A stretch of DNA of 64,000 nt. Origin: Candidatus Ozemobacteraceae bacterium. Its GTDB lineage: Bacteria; Muiribacteriota; Ozemobacteria; Ozemobacterales; Ozemobacteraceae. This document shows, piece after piece, positions 26,641 through 37,387 of the stretch. The first letter of the stretch is position 1; every line of letters starts with the position of its first letter. The translations under genes and the position numbers were made by a program. Under the pieces are notes generated by a model. It had not been told where the DNA came from. It saw only the letters and a program-made list of their open reading frames with translations, and ran no database searches. Where the stretch lies: the NCBI GenBank assembly GCA_965140445.1, contig OZ223236.1, positions 2,592,001-2,656,000 on the forward strand, in the 5' to 3' direction.

Positions 26641-29592
26641 TTAAATTAGTTCGATAATCTCAAAAATTGGTTGTTTCTGTTTTTTGCCTTTTATCTCAAT
26701 GTCGCCTAGATTGCTGCAATTGGCATATTCTCCAATTGCTTTTTCTGTAGCCATTGACACTAGGATATATGTTGATTTTCCCAGCTTATGAATTGATTTT
26801 AATCGTGCCGCCATGTTTACTGTGTCACCAATAACAGTAAAATCCAATTTGCCAGTATGAGAGCCTATTTTACCTGATATGAGGCGACCTGTTGAAATTC
26901 CAGAATGGCATGAAAACCTATCAGCAGTTATCTTTTTTAAAGTTAATGAAATTTCTAAAGCACTTTTACATGCATTGATAGCGTGATTACCTTTTTTGAA
27001 AACTACCATCAAACTACCTTCTACAATTTTGTCTATTACCCCGTGATTTGCTCCGCATATTTTTGAAACAATTGATACGAATTGATTTAACAACTCAATA
27101 ACTTGATTTGCTTCTTGTTCTTCGGAGAAGCTTTCAAAATTATCAATTTCACAAAATAAAATTGTCGCTTCAATTAAGTCGCCACCAGGTTTCAAATCTT
27201 CTTTACCCATGTTTTCCATGTCTGCAAGAACATCTTTTGATACAAATTTTTCTAACTGCTCTTTTTGTGCAATATCTTTAGCCATTTCATTAAATGAGTC
27301 TGCAAGTTCTTCAAATTCGTCACCAGTATTTAATTGGCATCTATATTCAAGATTGTTGTTGGCAATATGCTGCAACTGTTTTGATATTATCTTGACTGGT
27401 CTTACATAGAACAACTGGGCAAGCAGTAATACGAATACAAATAGAATAACAAGGTAAACAACAATTTTAGCCGTAGATTTAAAAAAATCATTAACCATCT
27501 TCTTTTGTGGTGTTGCCGTCACTATACCAATGTAATTGAAATCTAGAATAGGTTCTATGCGCTTATAAACCGCACCTTCTTCCCATTGGACAGGAGTTTT
27601 CAATTTTAAAGATAAAGCAATTTGCTGGTGTTCCAGTGGGGTTAATTTTCTACTATTTATGTCGTATTTTCCTGTTTTGGCATTTTTTATGGAATAAGTA
27701 AAATCAATTTCATAGCCACTAAACACCTCTGACATCTCGCTCTTAACTTCTTTTAATGAGAAAAAGTCAGTTGCTAGTTTTTGCAAAGAATACATAATTT
27801 GGATGTATCCGGAAGGGGTGTTATGCTGATCATAGGTAAGAATATTTGCAAATTTGGTATTTGGCGACGATTTTTTTAGTGAAACCATTTCTCCTATGTG
27901 CCCAAGTGTGATTCTTTGTGAAGACTGGGTTTTTCTATAATTTCCAATTATTTTGTTTGCTAAACTACCTGTATCGGTTTTTTTATTGTTCATTGAATCC
28001 AAAAAAAACGAACCAAAAATTATCGCTGGCTCATCTGTCGCATTGCCACCTTTTAGCTCTGGATTTGTTGATTGAGCTATCATAGGCTTTTCTACATTCG
28101 CCATATGAAATAAAATTGTATCTGCGCCTACACGCGTTAACCATTTTTCAAAATACTTTTGAAGGCTTTCATTTCCATTTTTTAAAATCTTTTGGACTGT
28201 TATTCCCAACTCAAGGTTTTGAATTTCTTTTTTTCTGAGAATATTGCTAAAAGCCTTTTTGATTTCGAGTGATTTATTTTCCATCGTGTGTTTTAAAAGA
28301 GATTTTTCAATAGATGATGAAAATTTGCCATACAAGTTTCCAGTAAAGAAAAGAATTGCAACCGGCAAAATCAATGTAAAACAAATGCCTAGCATAATTT
28401 TGCCTTTAATCGGCATTGAGAAGTTAAAACCAAAAATACTTAGTCCAAATATCACCACAGAACCCAGAATGAATAGCAATAAAAATATAAACTTTATGGT
28501 TTTAAGATGACTGTAGAAAGGTGGTCGCAAATCTTTTTTATTTACGCTCACCCTAAGCAGTGGAATGTTGCTTTTGAGTTTTCTCAATCCGTTTGGGGCA
28601 AGCAGCCCCCCTTGAGATAAAAAAACAATAAATGATTGGGGTACAATTGCGTCTAGATGTATTTTTTCTTCATCTTCTAAAATCTTATCTGTTCCCAAAG
28701 CCTCCATTTGTTCCACAATTTCAGTCTCTTCAATCCGAACATTAGAATTTATTACACTTCTATTTAGCAATGGACTAAATGGTTTTCTACACGCATTTTT
28801 TATTATCAACTTTGCAGGGATATCTTTTAACCTGATAATCGCCAGATAACCACCCAGGTTTGATTTTTTTCCATCTTTTGTACAAGTTGCTTCTGAAAAA
28901 TAGAATAAGGTTTTACCGATTTCGCCTATTTTAGAAGAAATGCTTTCACTTGCTTTCTTATTTTTCAGCTGTATTTGATCAATGTTTCCAAAAATCGTTT
29001 TAAGGAAAAAGGCTGAATCCAAAACGGCCTTATCTTTTTTGACTTGCTTCAAATAGCTTAACAAGCTGTCTGAAGTAGATTTATGTTTCAAGATTTTTGC
29101 AGTTGATTGATTATTCAACAACCCAAAGAATCTTTCCAGTAATATGTTTGGCGGCTTTCTTATTTTACTATTTTTAAGATGACTTCCCTGGGTAAAACTT
29201 ATTGATTTTGTATCTGGACCATAATAAAAAAGCCCAGCAACTTTAAGTTGGGTGAATTTTTCAAGTTCGGTAAGTAAAATTTTAGCATCGAGTTTTTCAA
29301 ATTTCTCTACTAACGCTTTGTCTCTTGAAAAATCCTTAAACCCGAATTGCAGATCAAATTTGTTTAACAAATTTTCAATAAAGACTTTTGGCATAACGTC
29401 TTCTTTGAATTTTTGAATTTCAAGATTAATTTTGGGCTTAATCTCTCGCAATTCGTTTTTAAGAGAAAAATCAGCAAAAGCAATCAAAGAGTAATATGAA
29501 ATTAACAGGGGAATAGAAAGCAATAGCAACCAGATACTCAAGGCTAAGGTTGTTGATATTTTGCTTTTTGAGGATAATGTACTATTTCTCAT
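26641..29592 (-). CDS. Membrane HAMP + class III nucleotide cyclase protein (C2-like half: Asn/Arg kept, metal-binding Asp residues lost)
   Basis: Four TM segments; HAMP (TGDEFEELADSFNEM); cyclase domain with CEIDNF, DKIVEGS and DFTVIGDTVNMAARL. Confidence 0.88.
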   Translation of the reverse strand: MRNSTLSSKSKISTTLALSIWLLLLSIPLLISYYSLIAFADFSLKNELREIKPKINLEIQKFKEDVMPKVFIENLLNKFDLQFGFKDFSRDKALVEKFEKLDAKILLTELEKFTQLKVAGLFYYGPDTKSISFTQGSHLKNSKIRKPPNILLERFFGLLNNQSTAKILKHKSTSDSLLSYLKQVKKDKAVLDSAFFLKTIFGNIDQIQLKNKKASESISSKIGEIGKTLFYFSEATCTKDGKKSNLGGYLAIIRLKDIPAKLIIKNACRKPFSPLLNRSVINSNVRIEETEIVEQMEALGTDKILEDEEKIHLDAIVPQSFIVFLSQGGLLAPNGLRKLKSNIPLLRVSVNKKDLRPPFYSHLKTIKFIFLLLFILGSVVIFGLSIFGFNFSMPIKGKIMLGICFTLILPVAILFFTGNLYGKFSSSIEKSLLKHTMENKSLEIKKAFSNILRKKEIQNLELGITVQKILKNGNESLQKYFEKWLTRVGADTILFHMANVEKPMIAQSTNPELKGGNATDEPAIIFGSFFLDSMNNKKTDTGSLANKIIGNYRKTQSSQRITLGHIGEMVSLKKSSPNTKFANILTYDQHNTPSGYIQIMYSLQKLATDFFSLKEVKSEMSEVFSGYEIDFTYSIKNAKTGKYDINSRKLTPLEHQQIALSLKLKTPVQWEEGAVYKRIEPILDFNYIGIVTATPQKKMVNDFFKSTAKIVVYLVILFVFVLLLAQLFYVRPVKIISKQLQHIANNNLEYRCQLNTGDEFEELADSFNEMAKDIAQKEQLEKFVSKDVLADMENMGKEDLKPGGDLIEATILFCEIDNFESFSEEQEANQVIELLNQFVSIVSKICGANHGVIDKIVEGSLMVVFKKGNHAINACKSALEISLTLKKITADRFSCHSGISTGRLISGKIGSHTGKLDFTVIGDTVNMAARLKSIHKLGKSTYILVSMATEKAIGEYANCSNLGDIEIKGKKQKQPIFEIIELI

Positions 29593-32497
29593 TTTTTATC
29601 TCATAAACTAGCCCATGCTTGTCTAACTCAAACTCATCTAACAAATATAGATCAGAAACCTTTTTTGCTACGCATGAATCAATAATAATTTTTGTATGTT
29701 TTCCGTCTTTTGACGCAGCTTCAAGATCATTCGCCTTTTTTATTGGTCTTCCGGTGATAGTAAATTCAAGATACTCGCCACTGTCTCCAACATTTCCTGA
29801 GATGATCTCGCCATGGGAAATCCCAACGCCATTTTCTACGGTAATTAATCTATTTTTTTCTCTTTCAGAGTTAAATAAAGTTAAAGACTGCCTCATTGTC
29901 ACTGCAGCTTTACAAGCGTTTAACATAGTATTTTCATTTTCTTTCGTTGGGTAAAAAACAGCAATAATCGCATCGCCTATAAATTTATCTATCACTCCAC
30001 CATTACTTATAATTGCTGCCTCCATCAACGTAAAATATTCGTTTAAAAGAGCAACAATAACTTCCGGTTCGCAGGTTTCTGTTATAGATGTAAAGCCTCT
30101 AATATCGCTACATAATACTGTTGCATGATTGCTTTCACCTTTACAATTTTCAACATTATCATTTTCTTTCAAAGTGGAGAGAAGCTTTTCAGAAACAAAT
30201 CTGGAAATATTCTTTCTCATTTGGAGCTCTGATGTCATATTATTAAAAATTAAACCCATTTCTTCTATTTCATCTTTTGTATTTATTGAAACTTTGGTCA
30301 AAAAATCATGCTCTTTTCTTATTTGTTCCGCTCCTCTGTACAACGTGCGAATTGGAGAATTGAACAAACTGGACATTGCTTCTGCCATCAATACAAGTAT
30401 TATCAACGACATAACACCCATAAAGGCAGGTAAAAAAAGAAATAAAGAATGCAATTTCATTTCTTTGCCTATGTCTGCCATTGCCGAAAAAACAAATTTT
30501 GAATTGCCGTAATATCTCCATTCGGTAAGCATTTTTCCGTTATTTGTAGAAACTATCTTGCGTCCAGACACCCTGTCTCTAATAGTTTCTTTGGCGAAAT
30601 TAACCAACTCCACTTTGTCCAGGTTTCCAAGAAAATAGCCTAGTTTTCCTTGATCAAGAAATAAAACTGAAATCCTACTTGTTCCAACAATTCCATCTTT
30701 ATGGATATCAAAAAAGCTATAATATTTTTCTACATTTTTTAACAAAGCTGATATCACCAAATCAATAGCAAACTGCAGAAAAGAAGCTGCAAATACTGAC
30801 TTTCCAGGTTTATTGTCTTTATAGAGATTGAAAACACTTGTATTTTTTGTGTTAATTTCCACAGGGCTTATCTCAATTTCTGATTCAGCAGCCAGAATTC
30901 TAGGGTTATCTATCAAGTCTAGATAATCACCAGCCAGGCCTGTTGTCATTTGAACGACTTTTATTAAATGTTTAGTCTTAGATGACTTTTTGTCTAAGAC
31001 GCCTAGATTTGATAACGCCTTAATTCCAAGAGAAATATGAATTGGATTAGGCCTACTTTTAGTGGGCTTAACAATTATGTTTCCCGAGTTATCCAGAATG
31101 AAAAATTTGGGAACCAAACCATAGCCAGATGGAAATTTTTCAGAAACAGGTGGCTTATAATTATTTTCAAACAATTTCTTTGTTAATTGCTTTTTCAGCT
31201 CAAGACAAAATATAGTTTGTCGACAATTTGCCTCATAAAAAATTCGCTCGAATTGGTCAAGCTTTCCAGAAACTATTGAGATCGCATTGTTTAGATGAAA
31301 TTTATCTATCTGCTGATAAATCAAAAATGAGAAAAGACTGGTAAATAACATCGGAAAAATAGCTACACTAAAAACAATCAACATGAACTTTCGTCTCAAA
31401 CTGATTGAAATTGTATTTTTGAATAAAATGCCTCTTATCCACAAAAAGAAAACAAACAACAAAATGCATCTGTTTGAGAAACTGAAAACAGGAATCAAAG
31501 TATTCAAATTTGATTTCAGCAAATTTGCATCGATAGTTATGGCTATTCTTTGTTTTGGGCTTACAATAAATTTTTCGTTACTATTTAATCTACTCTGAGT
31601 ATAAATAACTCGAACAAGATCTGGTGGCAAAAATGAAGATACTGATGATCTGGAATCCTGTAAATTTGATGTTAAAATCCGTTTCGCTCCCTGAAACGGA
31701 TTTTTGTTCAACACATTTTCAAGCAGTTTTGAAACGTTGATGTCAGATTCGAGAACTCCAAAAATAAAGGCCCCATGGATTCTACCCTGGGAAACTATTG
31801 GAGCAGAATAAACAAACACTCTTTGTTGTTTAAATATAGTCGTATAGTAACTGTTGCAAGTGTTTGGGGTAGGGAGTGTGTTGGCAAATTTGCCAAATAC
31901 TTTGAATGTTTTATCTACTATTTTTTCCCAATCATAATTGGAAAAAATAAAAGTGTTTTGAAGAACTTCATAAAAATCAAACTTACGAATATGCGGTAGA
32001 GAAATAAGCCATCTACAGTGTTCTGGAAAGTTATATAAAGTGGTCAAAGCCATAAGAAAATCAAATCCATTATCTAAAGAAGCCTTATTGGTAAAACGTT
32101 TCGAATAATTTTTGTAAATATTGCTGAAGCTTCTATCTGCTGCAATTAAAAAAAATGGCTTCACACCATATTTTTCTTTTAAGGTTTTATGACAATTCTT
32201 GCCAAAATTGAATGGATCAAATTCTTCAGGATTTGTAATATACCTGGCAAAAATATCTGCCATAGCATTGTTTACATAGGCTGGTGTGGTTAAATCAGAT
32301 TGAAAATCAATAATTCCTTGAGTTAGGTTTTCTTTGACAGTTGCTTGCAAAGCACTTTCATGTTTATCAATCTCATTTTTGAGCTGTTGTTGAACCAAGA
32401 AAAGAGGTAGACAAAGAACTGCAAGCATGACTATTGCAATAGCTGAAATTAGCGAGTTATAACCAATTCCAGATTCTGTTGTCTGATGAATACCCAA
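29582..32497 (-). CDS. Membrane HAMP + class III nucleotide cyclase protein (C1-like half: metal-binding Asp residues kept, Asn/Arg lost)
   Basis: Four TM segments; HAMP (TKDEIEEMGLIFNNM); cyclase domain with SDIRGFT, DKFIGDA and EFTITGRPIKKANDLE. Confidence 0.88.
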   Translation of the reverse strand: MGIHQTTESGIGYNSLISAIAIVMLAVLCLPLFLVQQQLKNEIDKHESALQATVKENLTQGIIDFQSDLTTPAYVNNAMADIFARYITNPEEFDPFNFGKNCHKTLKEKYGVKPFFLIAADRSFSNIYKNYSKRFTNKASLDNGFDFLMALTTLYNFPEHCRWLISLPHIRKFDFYEVLQNTFIFSNYDWEKIVDKTFKVFGKFANTLPTPNTCNSYYTTIFKQQRVFVYSAPIVSQGRIHGAFIFGVLESDINVSKLLENVLNKNPFQGAKRILTSNLQDSRSSVSSFLPPDLVRVIYTQSRLNSNEKFIVSPKQRIAITIDANLLKSNLNTLIPVFSFSNRCILLFVFFLWIRGILFKNTISISLRRKFMLIVFSVAIFPMLFTSLFSFLIYQQIDKFHLNNAISIVSGKLDQFERIFYEANCRQTIFCLELKKQLTKKLFENNYKPPVSEKFPSGYGLVPKFFILDNSGNIIVKPTKSRPNPIHISLGIKALSNLGVLDKKSSKTKHLIKVVQMTTGLAGDYLDLIDNPRILAAESEIEISPVEINTKNTSVFNLYKDNKPGKSVFAASFLQFAIDLVISALLKNVEKYYSFFDIHKDGIVGTSRISVLFLDQGKLGYFLGNLDKVELVNFAKETIRDRVSGRKIVSTNNGKMLTEWRYYGNSKFVFSAMADIGKEMKLHSLFLFLPAFMGVMSLIILVLMAEAMSSLFNSPIRTLYRGAEQIRKEHDFLTKVSINTKDEIEEMGLIFNNMTSELQMRKNISRFVSEKLLSTLKENDNVENCKGESNHATVLCSDIRGFTSITETCEPEVIVALLNEYFTLMEAAIISNGGVIDKFIGDAIIAVFYPTKENENTMLNACKAAVTMRQSLTLFNSEREKNRLITVENGVGISHGEIISGNVGDSGEYLEFTITGRPIKKANDLEAASKDGKHTKIIIDSCVAKKVSDLYLLDEFELDKHGLVYEIKNEK

Positions 32498-32704
32498 CCT
32501 CTGCCCCTATGAATGCATATATCTAATTTAACATACAAAACTGGAATTTTTTTAATTCACTTGGCTAGAAGACAGATTTAAATAAAAAATTAGGAAGATT
32601 CGATTTGTCAGAGCCAGAAAGCGTTTTCTTATGCGCGCTTTAAAGCTTAATGCAACATTTTTTCTCTAAAATTATCGTTTGAAATGACTAACGCTGGTTT
32701 CTCG

Positions 32705-33703
32705 TTACCTTTTTGCCCAATCGCAATATCTAACTTTTTCCACTTTATTCGTCCAGATGTAACCGACAAAACCCTCAGGAATTTTTGCCAAATCTTCTTG
32801 TGAATCGAAGCCCTCAGACCATTTTCCGTCTCCATTCACAAGAACAACCCGGGTATTAACAGACTTCATTCTCTGCTGGAACTTTGTAGGCCACCCCCAA
32901 AGCAACCTGGCAAATTTCAGTGGGATAAAAAACTGCGAATTTCGAATAGTCTCTGGTATGTATCCGGTCCAGCCCAAGAGAATATAAGAAATAAAACTGT
33001 TTTTTAAGGTTTTCATTGATAGTATTCCAATACTGGGGATACATCTTTTCACAGTCGTGACAGCTCTGTGATCACCGTAAACTACAAACTTCTGTATTTC
33101 ATTTTTCCCTAAATTGGCAAGAACATCCGCTAGAATTTTGCCCATTTTCTCGTCGCCTTCTTTGATATGGATAAGAAAGCTCTTTCTTGGAAATGCCTCA
33201 AGCAATTCTTCAACAGAAACCAACAGGCCAACTCCTTTGCCACGGAGAGGATAGGTTTTTCCCCCGTCGGCAGTATAGCCATAACCCACGTCCAGTTTAC
33301 GCAGTTCAGCCATCGTATAGCTTGCAACAAGCCCACTTGCATTTGTTCTGTAATCTAAAAGATAGTCGTGGAAAACGGCTAATTGATTATCCTTGGTTAA
33401 CCGAACATCAAACTCAACCATATCAGCTCCAGCCTCAAACGCTGCATTTACAGAAGGTATTGTGTTCTCAATAAATTCATGCTCTGGTTTGTAAATCATT
33501 GCAGCAGTGTTTGAGTTCCACTTGAGTCCTTTTATAGGAAAAGTTTGTGCAACATCTCTATGGGCAAGAAGTTTGGGTTTCCCCGGGAGAGGGCTGGAAA
33601 GCATTGAAGTGTTGTTGAGGAAGATAAAGGCTAATAAAGCAATAAGGGAAATCGCAACCCGATAGATCCAGGCTCTGGCTTTATTAATTATTTTATTTTT
33701 CAT
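32705..33703 (-). CDS. Glycerophosphodiester phosphodiesterase family protein
   Basis: LAHR, ENT, VEFDV..TKD..L.VFHD and IWT motifs; N-terminal anchor. Confidence 0.9.
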   Translation of the reverse strand: MKNKIINKARAWIYRVAISLIALLAFIFLNNTSMLSSPLPGKPKLLAHRDVAQTFPIKGLKWNSNTAAMIYKPEHEFIENTIPSVNAAFEAGADMVEFDVRLTKDNQLAVFHDYLLDYRTNASGLVASYTMAELRKLDVGYGYTADGGKTYPLRGKGVGLLVSVEELLEAFPRKSFLIHIKEGDEKMGKILADVLANLGKNEIQKFVVYGDHRAVTTVKRCIPSIGILSMKTLKNSFISYILLGWTGYIPETIRNSQFFIPLKFARLLWGWPTKFQQRMKSVNTRVVLVNGDGKWSEGFDSQEDLAKIPEGFVGYIWTNKVEKVRYCDWAKR

Positions 33704-33808
33704 CTTCTTTTCTCTTAAGGTATATGCATACTCACGCTTTTCAGGACTTTTGGTTTTCTTCTTTGCGTATTATTTTAGCTGCTACTCAGCAGAAATGTTT
33801 GAGCTGTC

Positions 33809-34288
33809 CTAATTGCTGCTAAGGTATTTCAGTATACTTTGCTCAACCTTGTCTAAAGGTTGTGGAGATCGATTTGCAGGACTTGAGCCTGAATCGTTGA
33901 ACCAGGTAATCTGGGCTGATTTGACCGGTAAAGCTCCGAAGCTGCCGTTTAGAACTCTGAAGCTATTATTGGGTGCAGTTTTCAGAAAAAGCAGAAACTG
34001 GGTTTCTGATTCCTGGTCGAACCAATATTCAGGAACGCATATGTTTGTTTTGCTTGCATGGACCTGAAAACTTTTAGAGATTTCTCCTTTTAAAATTCTT
34101 TCGGTTTGGAATTTGACGATCTGAGTTTTCTTTTTTCCAAAGGTTTCCTCGCTTAGAACTTTATCCATCTTAGCAACCACGATAAGGTCTGCGTTATTAA
34201 TTAGTTCAGACATTCTTAGTGGTCTCCATCTACCAAATACGGGGAATGATGTTATAAAAATCAGGAAAAGAAGAAATATCCGTTTCAT
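33809..34288 (-). CDS. Secreted hypothetical protein
   Basis: GGAGG SD; signal peptide; ELI..ADLIVV motif. Confidence 0.7.
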   Translation of the reverse strand: MKRIFLLFLIFITSFPVFGRWRPLRMSELINNADLIVVAKMDKVLSEETFGKKKTQIVKFQTERILKGEISKSFQVHASKTNICVPEYWFDQESETQFLLFLKTAPNNSFRVLNGSFGALPVKSAQITWFNDSGSSPANRSPQPLDKVEQSILKYLSSN

Positions 34289-34718
34289 TTTAGCCTCCAA
34301 AAGTTACATAGCAGGTTATTTATGGTTTTATCTTTTAATTATGTTTTATTAAGTTACTATGGAAAACGCTTAGCTGAAGTATAGCCAAAAATAATTATAA
34401 CAACAATGTTTCGGCTATCAGGAATAAACAGGAGTTTAGCAATCTAGCAAAAGAACCCAATTGACTCGAAAAAATGGCTCATGATACTATCAACCTACAG
34501 AAGCTAATTCCTATTCAATTGCTGAATATAAGCCTTTCTCTGGTTTATCCTGTTGCTTTTCTAATGTTTTCTGGAATAGTTGAGTCTAATGCAGCAGCAG
34601 CTTGATACTGATGGTCGAATGAAATTCTGTAAAGAGCAAAAGTCCTTTTTTTAGTAAATGAATCATTCGCTGCTAATTACTTTATGTTTAAATGACTAAT
34701 GGATAGGAGAGAGTTATT

Positions 34719-35570
34719 TTGAATTATAAAATCAGATTTGCCATTTTTTTGGTGTGTCTTTTGTTTGTTTCAGACCTGGCGGTTGTCGCTGAAGATTTTT
34801 TTCCCTTAAACACATGGGTTGAGGTTAAAACTCCGGCAAATGAAAATGAACAGCTTAAAATTAGTTCAGGGATGAAATACAACTGGACTCAAAAAGTAAG
34901 GCTGATTCGTGGTAAAAAATACGCATTAAATATTAAATGGAAAGATTCTTCGGGACGAAAAGTTGGAATTCTTGGCTATGACCCCATGAATTATGATGGA
35001 AGAAAACTTATTTCAGAATCGAAAAACAGAAAATGGCTTTTAAGAACTGGGAGGGGTGAAAACGCGGAATACCACAAAATTCTTAATTTTATTGTTAACG
35101 AGCATAGCTTAACAGATATTGCTTTCTTGATGTTTAGCAATAAATGGCCAGGTAAGACTGCAAAAATAATGTTATCAGATAAAGTAGATGAAAATACAAG
35201 AATTAAGGGACTTCCACTTTTTTTGAAATCCCTTTCTGGAAAGAACGAAGAGGAAACATCCAACAGTAGTCAAAAGGTTAGTCAGAAGGAGATCATTGAA
35301 ATTTTTAGCTGGAATTCTGGTGGGGGAAGTTTTATTTCCCCAAAAGTGCAAGTAAGTTTAAAAATTCATTCTGCAAAGGCAGAGGTGGTTAAGCTCTTTG
35401 CACTTGATACAAAGGGGAACTCAACAGAATTGTCCTCTCAAAAAGTCATTTCTGGCAAGAGTGTTGATATTTCATCCAAATACAATAGAATGAACACCAG
35501 ATTTTTTGAAATAAGGGCTTTTGATAAAGATGGTGTGCTTCTGGCTAAGCAAAAAAGGTCTGCAAAATAA
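34719..35570 (+). CDS. Secreted hypothetical protein
   Basis: AGGAG SD, TTG start, signal peptide; followed by a hairpin. Confidence 0.7.
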   Translation: MNYKIRFAIFLVCLLFVSDLAVVAEDFFPLNTWVEVKTPANENEQLKISSGMKYNWTQKVRLIRGKKYALNIKWKDSSGRKVGILGYDPMNYDGRKLISESKNRKWLLRTGRGENAEYHKILNFIVNEHSLTDIAFLMFSNKWPGKTAKIMLSDKVDENTRIKGLPLFLKSLSGKNEEETSNSSQKVSQKEIIEIFSWNSGGGSFISPKVQVSLKIHSAKAEVVKLFALDTKGNSTELSSQKVISGKSVDISSKYNRMNTRFFEIRAFDKDGVLLAKQKRSAK

Positions 35571-35585
35571 GAATTTCCAGGGGAT

Positions 35586-35620
35586 TTGATTATTGCTGCT
35601 TAGAAAGCAGCAATAATCAA
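35586..35620. terminator. Hairpin, probable terminator
   Basis: TTGATTATTGCTGCT-TAGAA-AGCAGCAATAATCAA. Confidence 0.55.
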
Positions 35621-35836
35621 TTGTATTCAACATGAACTTGTTTTGGGTGACTTGGTTATATTGTTTGTCACGGAGCAAAATTCTTTTGTTAACTATTGGT
35701 CAGAAATTTTGTTCCGAGATATAGACTATCCAGGTTTCTAATAATGTTTTGACCTGATTAAAAATGAATTCTCTAAGTTTTACAGGAGAAGATTTCTCTG
35801 AAGGCTATGTTCTGTAGTTCTCGAATTTCTCCAGAC

Positions 35837-36070
35837 TCAGCCACCTCCAACCATAAGCATAAGCTCTAGCTTATCGCCGTCTTTAAGTTCTTCAGTATGA
35901 GCTACACGGGTTCCATTTTTTACTACCTGTATAAAATTAATGTGAGTAGGATGGAAATGAAGAGTTGATAAAAATTGTTTCACGGTTGTTCCGTCATCAA
36001 GCTTAAAATCCTGATTTTTTTTACATGGGCCGGTGTTTATTGCGCCGACAAATTCTACGTTTATTTTCAT
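35837..36070 (-). CDS. MoaD/ThiS family sulfur carrier (ubiquitin-like)
   Basis: 77 aa, NG....L.DGD.L motif, C-terminal GGG. Confidence 0.9.
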   Translation of the reverse strand: MKINVEFVGAINTGPCKKNQDFKLDDGTTVKQFLSTLHFHPTHINFIQVVKNGTRVAHTEELKDGDKLELMLMVGGG

Positions 36071-36236
36071 TTTTTACCTCGGCAAAATTGGCAATCTTTG
36101 TCTTTTTCAATGAGACCTTTGGAAACTTCTGTTCCCAGCATTCATAAAATTCTAAATCATAATCTACTTAAGATTCAACAGTGAATCTTAAGACTGTGGC
36201 GCAACTAATGGAAGCAAGAATTGTAACAGTGGGGGT
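36067..36236 (-). pseudogene. Degenerate second copy of the thiF/moeB 3' end
   Basis: Translates PTVTILASISCATVLRFTVES*VDYDLEFYECWEQKF..[1-nt deletion]IEKDKDCQFCRGKK*, matching the C-terminus of 37388..38125. Confidence 0.85.
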
Positions 36237-36359
36237 ATTATTGATCAAACATAGCTTCTTAGTATGAGTAATTTAGTGTTTTTGCATCTAAACTACAGCT
36301 CTAAAAATTTCAAAGTTGATTGGATTTATTCTCTCTTTGGGCCTTCAGCTCCAAACGGC

Positions 36360-37289
36360 TTATGGATTTATTGCTCTTAAAACCCTAAAACCAAAAACCT
36401 GTTGTTTCTCAGTCGGCTCCACGGGAAATCGGTATGTTGATCTTAGATGCTCAGCGTCATTTCCATATGAACCTCCGCGAGAAATCTTTTTTGTTCCTAC
36501 TTGTGGTCCTGTTGGATCTACTTTTGGAGCAGATGAGTAGTAATCACTTTGCCACCAGTCCCAGCAAAATTCAAAAACATTTCCATGCATATCAAATAGT
36601 CCGAATGGATTTGAGACTTTTTGTCCAACGACCTGGGTTCCTTCAATTGTGGCACAAGGGGTTTTTCCATAAAATGGTTTGCAATTATTGCAATACCAGG
36701 CAAATTTATCTACTTCAGAATGGTTGTTAGAGTCTTTCCAAGGAAAAATTATGTCTTTCCCGCCTTTGCACAGATATTCCCACTCAGCTTCAGTTGGAAG
36801 TCTGAAACCCGAATTATCCCAGTTGCAGGAGACCGTTTCACCGTCAGCAATCACAAATTTATCTTCAGGATTAAGGTAGCAAGGTTGAAGCTTGGTAAGA
36901 ATGCTCAGTTTGTTGCAAAACCTGATGCAATCATACCATGATACGCTATCTACAGGGTGATCATCTGTATTAGCAAAATTGGTTTTTTGGTTAAAACCAG
37001 ACGGGTTGAAACCCATTATTTTGCTGAATTGAGCCTGAGTAACTTCGGTTTTCCCTACCCAGAATCCATGCGTTAGGGCTATGGCTTTTTCAGGTGTTTC
37101 ATTCTTATAGAAACCTTCTGCGCCAATAGTAAAATTTCCTGGTGGAACGTAGACAAGAGTAAGAACAACTGAATCACCCAATTTTATTATCTTTTCTTTT
37201 TTAGAACTAATTGCTTCTTGTTGAGCATAGACTTTTACAGAAAAAAATAAAGCGATGCTCAAGACCAGCAGGGAGGTAATTTTTCGCAC
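36360..37289 (-). CDS. Formylglycine-generating enzyme (FGE-sulfatase/SUMF1) domain protein, exported
   Basis: TEVTQ.Q, PV..VSW.D, RLPTEAEWEY, N.FGLFDMHGNV.E, RGGS and GFRV motifs. Confidence 0.92.
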   Translation of the reverse strand: MRKITSLLVLSIALFFSVKVYAQQEAISSKKEKIIKLGDSVVLTLVYVPPGNFTIGAEGFYKNETPEKAIALTHGFWVGKTEVTQAQFSKIMGFNPSGFNQKTNFANTDDHPVDSVSWYDCIRFCNKLSILTKLQPCYLNPEDKFVIADGETVSCNWDNSGFRLPTEAEWEYLCKGGKDIIFPWKDSNNHSEVDKFAWYCNNCKPFYGKTPCATIEGTQVVGQKVSNPFGLFDMHGNVFEFCWDWWQSDYYSSAPKVDPTGPQVGTKKISRGGSYGNDAEHLRSTYRFPVEPTEKQQVFGFRVLRAINP

Positions 37290-37387
37290 GATTTTCTCCG
37301 TTCTTCTAATTGGTTTATTTGAAGCAATTTTGAAATTCTGGTTTTCTTAAAAAAAGGGGAATGCTCCAAAAAAATTAAAGTTTATTT

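Noticed and set aside
36360..37289. FGE-sulfatase (CLec-fold) gene as a diversity-generating retroelement target
   Set aside because: No reverse transcriptase and no template repeat of its 3' end in the window. The nearby repeat copies thiF and its differences are not adenine-specific.
26641..37360. Genomic island or prophage covering the AT-rich accessory-looking genes
   Set aside because: No integrase, transposase, tRNA/att site or phage genes are visible.
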